A stretch of 64,000 bases of DNA from an uncultured Candidatus Berkelbacteria bacterium (GCA_903877885.1 CAIRFN010000006.1:86054-150053), one strand, 5' to 3'. Shown: positions 29,837 through 39,927, numbered from the stretch's first letter. Notes: generated from the sequence alone by a model not told the origin. Program-made: numbers and translations.

Positions 29837-29969
29837 AGTAAAATTCCTTTCTGTAAAATGGATTACATCCTATTCTTACAGAAACGTCATCACTTGGCAC
29901 AGCCAGATTGATAGAGAATTTTACGCAGTCCCGTGATCACCGCAGTGATTTTATGGGACAATTATCATT

Positions 29970-30045
29970 GCCCTCGTAGTTCAATGGATAGAACAGCGGC
30001 GTTCTAAGCCGCGTGTTGGGGGTTCGATTCCCTCCGAGGGCGCCA
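29970..30045 (+). tRNA. tRNA-Arg(TCT)
   Basis: GCCCTCG/CGAGGGC stem; GCGGC-GTTCTAA-GCCGC; CCA. Confidence 0.94.
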
Positions 30046-30049
30046 AAAT

Positions 30050-30092
30050 CAGGGGGTTCGCCTTTAGGTAAAGTATCCCTCCTGGGGCACCA
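30050..30092 (+). pseudogene. tRNA 3'-half remnant with a hairpin inserted in the T-loop
   Basis: GGGGGTTCG[CCTTTAGGTAAAG]TATCCCTCCTGGGGCACCA. Confidence 0.7.
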
Positions 30093-30127
30093 AAAATTAT
30101 CAAATATTTATATTTAGAGAGGGAATC

Positions 30128-31153
30128 ATGCGTACAAAAATTGTTTGCACTATTGGTCCTAACACCGAATCTGATGAAAAAATTAAAGAACTCATCGAAA
30201 ATGGCATGAATGTTGCCAGGCTTAATTTTTCGCACGATACTCATAAAAATCATGCTAAAAGAATTAAAACCATTCGAAAATGGGCAAAGCGTTTAAAGAA
30301 AAACGTGGCTATTTTGTGTGATTTGCAAGGTCCAAAAATTCGCACTGCTGATTTTCCTAATCCGCCACGCAAATTACGCGATGGCCAGAACGTTGTTTTA
30401 ACCAGTTCTGTTTGCGAAAAATGTAAGGCCAACGAAATCATGATTATGGATCCTTATATTCATACTGATGTGAAACCAAAAGATACTATTCTAATCGATG
30501 ATGGCGCGATTGAATTGATTGTGGTTAAAATTGTAGAACATCAAATTTTCTGTAAAGTTCTACATGGCGGCGATGTTTATCCGAAAAAAGGCGTGAACTT
30601 GCCACTGACAAAAACCACGACTAATTCCTTAACCGATAAAGATAGAATTGATTTGGAATTTATTTTAACTCAAGAACCAGATTGGATTGCTATTTCCTTT
30701 GTTCAAACCGCTAATGATGTGGAAGTTTTAAGAGAATTGATGGGTAAATCCAAAGCTAAGGTTATGTGCAAAATCGAAACGGCAGTGGCGATTGATAATC
30801 TCGATCCAATTATCCGCGCTTCCGATGGTATTATGGTTGCGCGCGGCGATTTGGGCGTAGAAATGCCAATTGAAAAATTGCCTTTGATCCAAAAACAAAT
30901 TATCAAACGTTGTAATTATGATGCCACTCCGGTGGTGACTGCGACTCATATGCTTTCAAGTATGACTCATTCGCCATTTCCAACCAGAGCAGAAGTGACC
31001 GATATTGCTAATGCTGTTTTTGACGGCACTGACGCGGTAATGCTTTCTAATGAAACTACGATTGGTAAATATCCGGTTGAAGCCTTGAAAACCATGCGCA
31101 AGATTGTCGAAGAAACCGAAAAATATTTATACAAAAGAGAAAACGATCTCTAA
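30128..31153 (+). CDS. pyk: Pyruvate kinase (short form without the C-terminal domain)
   Basis: RTKIVCTIGP, RLNFSH, DLQGPKIR, KIE, MVARGDLG and DAVMLS. Confidence 0.96.
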   Translation: MRTKIVCTIGPNTESDEKIKELIENGMNVARLNFSHDTHKNHAKRIKTIRKWAKRLKKNVAILCDLQGPKIRTADFPNPPRKLRDGQNVVLTSSVCEKCKANEIMIMDPYIHTDVKPKDTILIDDGAIELIVVKIVEHQIFCKVLHGGDVYPKKGVNLPLTKTTTNSLTDKDRIDLEFILTQEPDWIAISFVQTANDVEVLRELMGKSKAKVMCKIETAVAIDNLDPIIRASDGIMVARGDLGVEMPIEKLPLIQKQIIKRCNYDATPVVTATHMLSSMTHSPFPTRAEVTDIANAVFDGTDAVMLSNETTIGKYPVEALKTMRKIVEETEKYLYKRENDL

Positions 31154-31199
31154 ATTTTCTTGAATTTTAATCTGTTTTATGGTAAGATAAGGTTGATAT

Positions 31200-31276
31200 G
31201 GCGGCTGTAGCTCAGTTGGTAGAGCAATTGGTTGTGGTCCAATCGGTCGCGCGTTCGAATCGCGTCAGCCGCCCCA
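31200..31276 (+). tRNA. tRNA-His(GTG)
   Basis: G-1, GCGGCTG/CAGCCGC stem, ATTGG-TTGTGGT-CCAAT, CCA. Confidence 0.95.
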
Positions 31277-31452
31277 TATAGAAGATGGAATTATCAAAAA
31301 ATCAGGCCAAAAGCCTGGTTTTTTGTATTCAAAAAATTCTGTAATTAACCTGAAACCAATTTTTCCCTTGACGATTTTAAAAATAAAGTGTAAAATATAG
31401 TTTCGTGTCCTTGAACAATCAAAAATCAACTACCCTCAAAGGAGAGACTGAT

Positions 31453-32694
31453 ATGAGCCCAAACGCGAAAATGATGCTTGAAGAAGCCATTCGTCGAACT
31501 GTTGTATGCATCCTTGCCGGCGGCAAGGGCGAACGACTTTTACCACTGACTGCCCATCGAGCCAAGCCGGCCGTACCATTCGGTGGAAAATACCGAATGA
31601 TCGACTTTGTGATGTCCAACTGCGTTAATTCCGGACTAAATAAAATCTATGTATTTCCCCAGCATCTGAATCAATCACTGAACGAACATTTATTGGCGGC
31701 TTGGGATATTTTCCATGCCGACCGCGATCAATTTTTACGAATTGTCTCGCCACAAGGCCGAGTAACTGACTCCTGGTATTCAGGCACAGCCGCATCAGTT
31801 CATGAAAATTTCCATTCAATTAAGCGTGATCATCCAAAATATGTAATTGTTCTATCATCAGATCAAATTTACGAAATGGATTATCGCGAACTCATATTGT
31901 CGCATATTGAATCAAATGCTGATTTAACCATCGTCGGTATTCCCACTCCTAGGTAAGAGGCCCACCGCTTTGGCGTAATGGAAATTGATAAAACCAGGAA
32001 ATTGACTGGTTTCAAGGAAAAACCGAAAGATCCAGTATCAATTCCTGATCGCGAAGATGAAGCACTTATTTCCGGTGGTATGTATATGTTCACCGCGCCA
32101 GCTATGGTTGACGCTTTAAATTTAGATATGACAATCAAAAGCAGTAAGCATGATTTTGGAAAAAATGTGATTCCGCGAATGTTGCGCAAAAAAAAGCAGA
32201 TTTATGTTCATCTGTTCCAGGATGAACAGGGAGCGCCTAAACATTGGTGTGATATTGGTTTGCCGGATGCTTATTTTGAAGCCAATATGGATTTGGTTTC
32301 AGTTAATCCGAAATTCAATCTTCATAATCCCGATTGGCCGTGGCGGACATTGAATACATCGACGTTTCCATTTAAAATCGTATTTCATTTGGAATGTCGA
32401 AGTTCGATTATCAGTGATGGTTGCATATTTGATGATTGCCGACTTTATCATGCTGTGATTGGTTCTGGTGTGAGAATCGGCTCAAATGTTGATGTCTCGG
32501 ACGCTGTGATTATGGACGATGTGGAAATTAAAAACAATGTTCGTATTCATCGGGCGATTATCGATAAAGGAAATATCATTCCTGAAGGTTCTGTCATTGA
32601 TGCTAATTGTATGAATTACGATGGCGAATATGAAATTACCGAATCTGGGGTTGTCATAATCGCCAGAAACTATGAACCATGGACTGGTGAATAG
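31453..32694 (+). pseudogene. glgC: Glucose-1-phosphate adenylyltransferase interrupted by an in-frame TAA at 31954-31956
   Basis: ILAGGKGERL, RAKPAVPFGGKYR, ..PTPR*EAHRFGVM.., FKEKP and HDFGKNVIP. Both ORFs share one frame. Confidence 0.88.
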
Positions 32695-32705
32695 TTAAAT
32701 ATACT

Positions 32706-32731
32706 CCCGCAGAGAAATTTGCGGGTTTTTT
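32706..32731 (+). terminator. Intrinsic terminator after glgC
   Basis: CCCGCAGA-GAAA-TTTGCGGG followed by a T-tract. Confidence 0.75.
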
Positions 32732-32839
32732 AATATCTGGTTTTAAGGTTTTGGGTTGACAAACCGCTAAAAAAAGAGTATTATTTAACCATTAGTCACA
32801 AAAGACGCGATGCGTCACAAACTCTAGTTTGGAAGAAAA

Positions 32840-34654
32840 TTGAATATTCGAAACGTTGCTATCATTGCCCACGTCGATCATGGTAAAACTACTTTAGTTG
32901 ACGGGTTATTAAAACAATCTCACACTTTCCGTGAAAACGAAGCCGCTATGGGGCAGGTTTTGATTATGGACTCAAACGATCAAGAACGCGAACGCGGTAT
33001 TACTATTTTAGCCAAGAATACTGCTGTAAACTTTAACGATGTTAAAATTAATATTATTGATACTCCTGGTCACGCTGATTTTGGCGGTGAGGTTGAACGA
33101 ACTCTAAATATGGCTGATGGCGCGATTTTGGTGGTTGACGCTCAAGAAGGGCCAATGCCGCAAACCAAGTTTGTGCTTAAAAAAGCGATGGAAATTGGTC
33201 TGAAAGTAATTGTGGTTATCAATAAAATTGATAAAAAAGATGCTAATATTCAAACTACGATTAGCCGAATTTATGATTTATTTTTGGATTTAGCTATTAC
33301 CGATGATCAGCTCGATTTTCCAGTTTATTATGCTATTGGTCGCGAAGGTAAAGCTTGGCCCCAAATGCCAGCCGATCCAACCGCCGATGCCGATTTAACC
33401 TGTATTTTTGAAGCGATTTTAGAATATGTGCCAGCCCCAAGTCAAGATGATGCCGCTCCTTTCCAGATGTTAGTCAGCGCTCTTGATTGGGACAATTTTC
33501 AAGGTAAATATGCGATGGGCCGCATTAAACGTGGTATTGTCAAACCTGGCTTAAATGTCGCTTTGATTAATAAAGACGGCGAAATTGAAACCACTCGGAT
33601 TGATAAAATTTATTCATATCAAGGTCTAAAACGAATGGAGTTACCAGTCGCTTATTCTGGTGATATCGTTTCGATCACTGGTGTTAAAAACGCTTCAATT
33701 GGGGATACGATTGCTGATGCCGCTAACCCTGAAGCCTTGCCGATTATTAAAATTGAAGAACCAACTTTGAAAATGGCTGTTTCGGCTAATACCTCGCCAT
33801 TTGCTGGCCGCGAAGGTCAGTTTGTGACCGGTCGTCAGATTTTGGAACGAATTAAAAAAGAATTGCAGACCAACGTGGCTTTGCGTTTGGAAGAAAAAGC
33901 TGGTGAGTTTGTTCTGTCCGGTCGCGGTGAACTTCATTTGTCGGTTTTTATCGAAACTTTGCGTCGTGAAGGTTATGAATTGCAAGTTGGCAAACCTCAA
34001 GTTATTAATAAAATGATCGATGGCGTTCTTTCTGAACCAGTCGAAGAATTAACTATCGATGTTGATTCTAACTATGTTGGCGCGGTTGTTTCTGAAGTTG
34101 GTCGTCGCAAAGGTATTATGCTTAACCAAGAAGAAAATGCTGATGGTTCAACTCGGTTAATTTTTGAAATTATTACTCGTGGATTATTAGGACTTCGTAA
34201 TCAGCTTTTGACGCTTTCTAAAGGTACAGCGATTATGAACTCAATTTTCTTGCGTTTTGAACCAGTTAGCGCTGATATTCCAAAACTTCGCAATGGTGTT
34301 TTGGTTGCTTCTGGTCCAGGTAAAGCTATGACTTATGGCTTGGATATTGCTCAAGGTCGCGGTATTACTTTTATTCCACCGCAGACCGAGGTCTATGAAG
34401 GTATGATTATCGGTCAAAATGCCCGCGAAGATGATATTGAAATCAATGTGGCTAAAGAGAAAAAACAAACCAATGTTCGAGCATCTAGCTCTGATTTTGC
34501 GACAATTTTAACGCCGCCAACTGTTTTCAGTCTGGAACAATCATTAGATTTTATTGAAGATGATGAATATTTGGAAGTCACTCCTAAGAGTTTGCGACTT
34601 CGCAAAAAAATCTTGAACGGTTCCGCTCGCGCCAAACAAACCAAGAACTCCTAA
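32840..34654 (+). CDS. typA: Translational GTPase TypA/BipA
   Basis: AHVDHGKTTLVD, ERERGITILAK, GRGELHL and EVTPKSLRLRK. Confidence 0.98.
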   Translation: MNIRNVAIIAHVDHGKTTLVDGLLKQSHTFRENEAAMGQVLIMDSNDQERERGITILAKNTAVNFNDVKINIIDTPGHADFGGEVERTLNMADGAILVVDAQEGPMPQTKFVLKKAMEIGLKVIVVINKIDKKDANIQTTISRIYDLFLDLAITDDQLDFPVYYAIGREGKAWPQMPADPTADADLTCIFEAILEYVPAPSQDDAAPFQMLVSALDWDNFQGKYAMGRIKRGIVKPGLNVALINKDGEIETTRIDKIYSYQGLKRMELPVAYSGDIVSITGVKNASIGDTIADAANPEALPIIKIEEPTLKMAVSANTSPFAGREGQFVTGRQILERIKKELQTNVALRLEEKAGEFVLSGRGELHLSVFIETLRREGYELQVGKPQVINKMIDGVLSEPVEELTIDVDSNYVGAVVSEVGRRKGIMLNQEENADGSTRLIFEIITRGLLGLRNQLLTLSKGTAIMNSIFLRFEPVSADIPKLRNGVLVASGPGKAMTYGLDIAQGRGITFIPPQTEVYEGMIIGQNAREDDIEINVAKEKKQTNVRASSSDFATILTPPTVFSLEQSLDFIEDDEYLEVTPKSLRLRKKILNGSARAKQTKNS

Positions 34655-34675
34655 TAAATTAAATCGTTTAACCTT

Positions 34676-34700
34676 AAAGTACACCCCCGGGGTGTACTTT
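34676..34700. repeat. Perfect 12-bp inverted repeat with a 1-nt spacer (REP-like)
   Basis: AAAGTACACCCC-C-GGGGTGTACTTT. Confidence 0.8.
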
Positions 34701-34762
34701 GGTTTTAGTACTATTTTACAGATGATATTTGTGAGATAATCAATATATCAATAAATAACAAA

Positions 34763-34856
34763 TGTCATTCTCGAGCCGAGTGGTAACTCGACATCAAGAA
34801 TCCAGAATAATTTTCCTGGATTCCAGATCTAGGTTGCCAACCTGTCTGGAATGACA
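34763..34856. repeat. TGTCAT...ATGACA palindromic repeat element, copy 1
   Basis: Terminal inverted repeats and an internal block CTGGATTCCAGATCT...GTCTGGAATGACA shared with 35640-35761. Confidence 0.8.
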
Positions 34857-34874
34857 AAATTAAAAAGGAGAAAA

Positions 34875-35549
34875 ATGGAACAAAATCAAACTTCGAACTC
34901 GCCAAAATGGCTGTGGATAACTTTAATTGTTGTCGTCTTAATCGCGGCTGGATTTTTCACTTGGTTTCTTTTAATACAAAATAAACCAACTGTTTTACCT
35001 ATTGTAACACCGATTTCTACTCCAGCCACAATCGCACCGTCTGTCTTGCCATCCGCTTCTTCTTCGCCAATCTCCACCGCCGACTGGAAGACGTATACAA
35101 ATATTTTTTATAAAATTTCTTTTAAATATCCCGATAATATGTCTGCAAAAGTGTATTCTCCTGTTAAGGCAAATATGCTTAGTCCAATATCTGCTAGTCA
35201 AGAGGATCCAGATGTTTATATTTTTGAATCTGGTAAGACGACGGATCCCATTTTTGGTTTTCTATCTCAAGGTGAAACAACGGTAAATAAAGAGATAGGA
35301 AATTTAGAAACGACTAATAATCTAAATAAAAACGATGTAATTATCAACAGTAATCTTTTTATTGCTGGAAAAGTTGCTACAAAGGTGTCTGTCCCTGCTG
35401 GGAAATTGAAAGATTCTCAAGAAGCTTATGATTTTTATTTTATTCCAGTAAGCATGACACCAAACATTCAAGAAATATATCAAATAAAGATAAAAACAAC
35501 TAGCTCTATTGCCAATCAAATACTTTCCACCTTCCAATTCACCCCGTAA
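34875..35549 (+). CDS. Hypothetical membrane-anchored protein
   Basis: TM, Pro/Ser/Thr linker, DWKTYTN..YKISFKYP and ILSTFQF. Confidence 0.8.
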   Translation: MEQNQTSNSPKWLWITLIVVVLIAAGFFTWFLLIQNKPTVLPIVTPISTPATIAPSVLPSASSSPISTADWKTYTNIFYKISFKYPDNMSAKVYSPVKANMLSPISASQEDPDVYIFESGKTTDPIFGFLSQGETTVNKEIGNLETTNNLNKNDVIINSNLFIAGKVATKVSVPAGKLKDSQEAYDFYFIPVSMTPNIQEIYQIKIKTTSSIANQILSTFQFTP

Positions 35550-35639
35550 AATTCACTCCATTCATCACGGGGCAGGCCAAATAAAATCAAAATCTAACTT
35601 CCAAAAAAGACTCAAGAGAACAACGAGTCTTTTTTTGTT

Positions 35640-35761
35640 TGTCATCCTGGAGCCGGAGGTTACTCCGACATTCAGGATCCAGGAATAGTTCTCGACAAGC
35701 TCGAACAATAACTGGATTACACTGGATTCCAGATCTCGAGCCTCTCGGGTCTGGAATGACA
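35640..35761. repeat. TGTCAT...ATGACA palindromic repeat element, copy 2
   Basis: Homologous to 34763-34856 but with different internal hairpins. Confidence 0.8.
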
Positions 35762-35849
35762 TGACGATCTAACCAAAACTTAACACCTACGATGTGTTAA
35801 AAACGGTTAAGTTGCAATTTTATTCAGTTGTTTATATAATAGGTTTATT

Positions 35850-36473
35850 GTGAAAAACTTCTATTTTATTTTAGGATTAATTTTAATTATCGTGTGTTTT
35901 TGGGGTTTTGGCTCACAGAAAAAGACCGAGCAAAAAGTTGCCGGTCAAAAATCTGTGGCAGAGCCACAAACTCAAATCACACCACAGAAAGAGGAAAAAG
36001 TGAGTCAGTACAAATTCCCCGGTATTTTATCGGACGAAAAAATCAAAGGCAAAAAGGCGATCGTAAAAACTTCCAAAGGCACAATTGAATTTACTTTGGA
36101 CAATGTCCAATCGCCAAAAACCGTCAGTAATTTCGTTTATTTAAGCGAACTTAATTATTACGACAATCTAACTTTTCACCGGGTTGTCCCTGGTTTTGTG
36201 ATTCAAGGCGGCGATCCGACCGGGACTGGTTCGGGCGGACCTGGATATCAATTTGAAGATGAAAAAGTGACCTCGGACTACAAAGCGGGGACAGTAGCCA
36301 TGGCCAATGCCGGTCCGAACACTAATGGTTCGCAATTTTTCATTTGCTTAGATGATCAACCATCTTTACCAAAACAATACAATGTTTTTGGTCAAGTAAC
36401 TGTTGGCATGGACGTGGTTAAACAAATTCAAGTTGGCGATAAAATCGAATCGATTAAAATCGAAAATCAGTAA
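35850..36473 (+). CDS. Cyclophilin-type peptidyl-prolyl isomerase
   Basis: FHRVVPGFVIQGGDP and AMANAGPNTNGSQFFI. Confidence 0.96.
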   Translation: MKNFYFILGLILIIVCFWGFGSQKKTEQKVAGQKSVAEPQTQITPQKEEKVSQYKFPGILSDEKIKGKKAIVKTSKGTIEFTLDNVQSPKTVSNFVYLSELNYYDNLTFHRVVPGFVIQGGDPTGTGSGGPGYQFEDEKVTSDYKAGTVAMANAGPNTNGSQFFICLDDQPSLPKQYNVFGQVTVGMDVVKQIQVGDKIESIKIENQ

Positions 36474-36493
36474 AAAATCAAAAAGGAGTTAAA

Positions 36494-36928
36494 GTGGATT
36501 TATCAATTATCCGTGAACGCATGGGCCAATTAGAAACTTTTAAACAAGAAAATAAAGTCGGTCGTGAAGCGCTTCGCAATGAATTAGAAAATAATCAGGA
36601 ATATTTGGCAGTTTGCGAAGAAATTAAAGCTTTAAATTTAAAGAAAAAAAGAATTAAAGATTCGCTTTTAGCCAAGCCAGAAACTCAAAAATTAATGTCT
36701 GACATTAAAGAAAATAACGAGGAACTGACGATTCTTGATGAAATTTTATCTTCGGAATTAACCGAATATTATACTGAAAAAAAGACCGATGAAATTGAGG
36801 ACAAAGATGGTGACTTGCGAAAATTCAAATTAGTGGCAAAAATTATGCCAAAAAAAGATAAGTACGATGATCGTGATGACGAAGGAAAATACGCAAAAAT
36901 CGATCAAAATATTGTTGGAAAAAATTAA
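36494..36928 (+). CDS. Hypothetical coiled-coil protein
   Basis: 144-aa ORF with an AGGAG RBS. Confidence 0.75.
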   Translation: MDLSIIRERMGQLETFKQENKVGREALRNELENNQEYLAVCEEIKALNLKKKRIKDSLLAKPETQKLMSDIKENNEELTILDEILSSELTEYYTEKKTDEIEDKDGDLRKFKLVAKIMPKKDKYDDRDDEGKYAKIDQNIVGKN

Positions 36929-36931
36929 GTT

Positions 36932-37573
36932 CTAAAAAAATTTTAGCGGATCAATCCAATTGGAAAGTTCCGCTTTTTGTTGAACATAGCCAAGTAAATC
37001 AATTCGATTATTAGACAAAATAGCTAGGTGAAGATGGCGGCGCTCACCATCGGTTTCAGTGCTATAACCGGTTCCCAAAAGTCCAATTTGTTGGCCAGCC
37101 TTAACGGTTTGGTCAATTTTTGGTAAACTTGATGGTCGGATATGACCATATAAAACCGAATGGGCGACATTATCGATTTTAGTTTCTTCAATAATAACAC
37201 CGCCATAACCAGAGGCAGTCCGAGCTAATTTAATTGTACCGTCAGCGATAGCAACGACTGGCACATCGGTTGTGATATCTTGATATTCGGCGTCAGTACC
37301 AGTGTGATAACCGGTAAAACGTTCAGGCTGAACAGGCGAATTTTTGGGTGTAACATAAATTCCAAATGGTTTTTTAGTTACTCGTGCTTTAAAGTTTTTG
37401 ACAGGCTCAATAAAAATCTGGCTAGTTGTGGATATTGTTGGTGATAGATTTATGATAATAGGATTTGCTGATTTAGTAATTGCAGAATTTGTTTTTGAAA
37501 ATTTAACAAAAATAAAAATGCCAATGCTGACTAATATTATTAAAATAATTAACCACAAATAGATTTTTTTCAT
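36932..37573 (-). CDS. M23 family metallopeptidase
   Basis: HTGTD, LYGH and HLH motifs. Confidence 0.9.
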   Translation of the reverse strand: MKKIYLWLIILIILVSIGIFIFVKFSKTNSAITKSANPIIINLSPTISTTSQIFIEPVKNFKARVTKKPFGIYVTPKNSPVQPERFTGYHTGTDAEYQDITTDVPVVAIADGTIKLARTASGYGGVIIEETKIDNVAHSVLYGHIRPSSLPKIDQTVKAGQQIGLLGTGYSTETDGERRHLHLAILSNNRIDLLGYVQQKAELSNWIDPLKFF

Positions 37574-38568
37574 GTCTCTTTTTTGAATTTGCCGACTAAA
37601 ATTGGCAAATAATTATTAATTAAATAAATAATTGGTACTAAAATAATTAGCGTGATAATTGTCTCTACAAAGGCAAATAACAGGCTGATTTTTGGGAAAA
37701 TATTTAAAACATAATGGAAAAAATCCGAAACATAATAATAAAAAACTGTATGCAAACACAAAATAATCAATGAATTTTGGCCTAAAAATTCCCACAAATT
37801 TGTTTTAGTAAAAATCGTTTGTTTTAAAATTCTAGCTAAAACCAAAAAACCTAAAGTACCGCAAATGCCGGTTAAAATAAAAATCCATTCGACTCCATAA
37901 ATTCGATAATACATACTAATTTGTAAACCTTGCCAGCGGGCGAGGAAAAAGTCGATCAAAATAAGCGCTAGGCCGATTGGTGCGATCCAGGTTTTAGAAA
38001 CCATTTTAAAATCATCTTTGTAAGATTTGACCATAAAACCTAAATAATAATAAATGATGGCGAAAAGGGCAATATCCAGATTCCAAAATAATCTAAGGCC
38101 CCGGCGTTCTAAATAAATGCCCAAAAAGAGTGAGGCCAAAACTGCTAAAAATAGCCAAAACTTTTTCAAATATTTTTGTAAAATATGGAAATAAATTTCC
38201 AACATAAATAAGCAAGTCAAGAACCAAAGCGGAATAAATGGTGCTGAAAGTTTGGCCGAATAAAGCATTTGCCAAATTGGTTCAAAATATTGTTTCGAAT
38301 TAAAATAGAAAATCCAATAAATAAAATTAATTAAAAAGAAAACTAAATATGGCCAAAGTAAAGTCGCGGCTTTCTTTTTTAGAAACAGCCACCAGCTTTG
38401 ATATTTTTCCGGATTGTATAAGTAACCGGACAAGAAAAAGAAAAATGGCATATGAAAGGAAAAAATAAAAACAAGCCAAGAGTATGGCAAAATGGTGTGA
38501 CCCAAAACAACTAGAAAGATACAAAGGCCGCGGGCGGTGTCGATCCAAGCAATGCGATTTTTGGGCAT
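37570..38568 (-). CDS. Acyltransferase family 3
   Basis: WIDTARG..LVVLGH, FHMPFFFFLSG and LWFL. Confidence 0.92.
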   Translation of the reverse strand: MPKNRIAWIDTARGLCIFLVVLGHTILPYSWLVFIFSFHMPFFFFLSGYLYNPEKYQSWWLFLKKKAATLLWPYLVFFLINFIYWIFYFNSKQYFEPIWQMLYSAKLSAPFIPLWFLTCLFMLEIYFHILQKYLKKFWLFLAVLASLFLGIYLERRGLRLFWNLDIALFAIIYYYLGFMVKSYKDDFKMVSKTWIAPIGLALILIDFFLARWQGLQISMYYRIYGVEWIFILTGICGTLGFLVLARILKQTIFTKTNLWEFLGQNSLIILCLHTVFYYYVSDFFHYVLNIFPKISLLFAFVETIITLIILVPIIYLINNYLPILVGKFKKET

Positions 38569-39284
38569 TATTGGCCTGCCATTCTAATAATTAAATCAAG
38601 CACAGCCATACCTAAAATTGTCATCGAAGTGGTGTAAAAAGTCGGATGTTGGTGATGACTTTCAGGAATTAAGTCACTAGCGCCAATGTAGAAAAAAAGT
38701 CCGGCAAAGATTGCCAAGCAAAGGCCTAAAACCGGTTCAGAAATATTGATAAATAAAGCAGTCATCACACCAATGGCCGGTGCTAACGCATCGAAAACTA
38801 GCCAAGTGATGGCGGTTTTTTTATTGCCATGGCTCTTTAAAATCATATTGACTGTGTTAATGCCATCGGAAAAATCGTGGGCCAAAACCGCGGCGGCCAC
38901 AATCCAACCAACAGCTGGGGAAACTTTGAAAGCTAAACCAATGCCCAAACCATCAAGAAAACTATGAATACACAAAGTTAAAGCGCCAAGTTTGCCATTA
39001 TGTTTTGGGTTTTCGCAATGATCATCATGACCGTGAATCACAAAAAACCGATCGAATAACATATAGATAATAAAACCGACCGCAAAAAGCAGAGTGACGG
39101 TACGAATATCATAGGCCGATTTTGCAAGTGTAATTGCTTCCGGCGCTAAATCAAAAAAAGCGACGCCAACGACTGCGCCAGCGGAAAAACCTAAGATCAA
39201 ATGCAATTTATCCTTAAATTTTAACGCGAATAAACCGCCTAAAAACGTACTAATAATAGTAATTAAACTGATAATTAAAGCCAA
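38568..39284 (-). CDS. ZIP family metal transporter
   Basis: HSFLDGLGIG, AHDFSDG and DLIPE. Confidence 0.92.
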   Translation of the reverse strand: MALIISLITIISTFLGGLFALKFKDKLHLILGFSAGAVVGVAFFDLAPEAITLAKSAYDIRTVTLLFAVGFIIYMLFDRFFVIHGHDDHCENPKHNGKLGALTLCIHSFLDGLGIGLAFKVSPAVGWIVAAAVLAHDFSDGINTVNMILKSHGNKKTAITWLVFDALAPAIGVMTALFINISEPVLGLCLAIFAGLFFYIGASDLIPESHHQHPTFYTTSMTILGMAVLDLIIRMAGQ

Positions 39285-39286
39285 TT

Positions 39287-39733
39287 TTAACCTTTCCGAA
39301 TTAAATCTTCCAATAATTTACTTTGTTTTAAAAGCTCGCGATCTTGGCTATCTAAATGCGTCAAAATTTGTTCAATGTCATGGTAGCTTGATTTTGTAGT
39401 CTTATATTCTTCATCGGAGCGAATTTCAGCATGGCGATTTTGAATATTTTGACCGACCATAATTAACGGCATTAAAAGTAATTGAACAATATTGCCCATA
39501 AACAATAAAAAGGCAAACGGATATGGATCGAATGGCTGACTGGAAAACTTGGTTTGCCAGAGCATCCAGCCGGCCATAGCTAAAGCAAAAAAATAAACCG
39601 CATACATTGTACCAATCGCAGTTGTAATAGCTAAAGCGATTTTGTCTTGCAAACCTAACGACGCCTTGTGTAATTTGTTAACATTTTGTGGTTCGTGATG
39701 AATTTCATCTTGCATAAAATCTCCTTTATTCAT
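39287..39733 (-). CDS. DUF1003 membrane protein
   Basis: FDPYPF and PLIMVGQN. Confidence 0.88.
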   Translation of the reverse strand: MNKGDFMQDEIHHEPQNVNKLHKASLGLQDKIALAITTAIGTMYAVYFFALAMAGWMLWQTKFSSQPFDPYPFAFLLFMGNIVQLLLMPLIMVGQNIQNRHAEIRSDEEYKTTKSSYHDIEQILTHLDSQDRELLKQSKLLEDLIRKG

Positions 39734-39927
39734 ATTGTAATTACTCTAGAAGCAAAAAGCAATCTTAAACTCTTTACATTCAACTCAATTTGTGCTACAC
39801 TATACTTTAGTCAAAGTAATTGCTCTCGTTGATTTCCGAAATATTAAATTAATTTCGATGTTCAATTTAGCGCAATTTCGAAATTAATTAATCGCGCAAT
39901 TTTTTTTGTGCACAAAAAGGAAATCTG

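Noticed and set aside
31954-31956. Stop-codon recoding or alternative genetic code
   Set aside because: The stop is TAA, which ends many genes here. TGA also acts as a stop, so code 25 or selenocysteine is not indicated.
35565-35762. 65-aa minus-strand ORF
   Set aside because: It is largely a translation of the palindromic repeat element.
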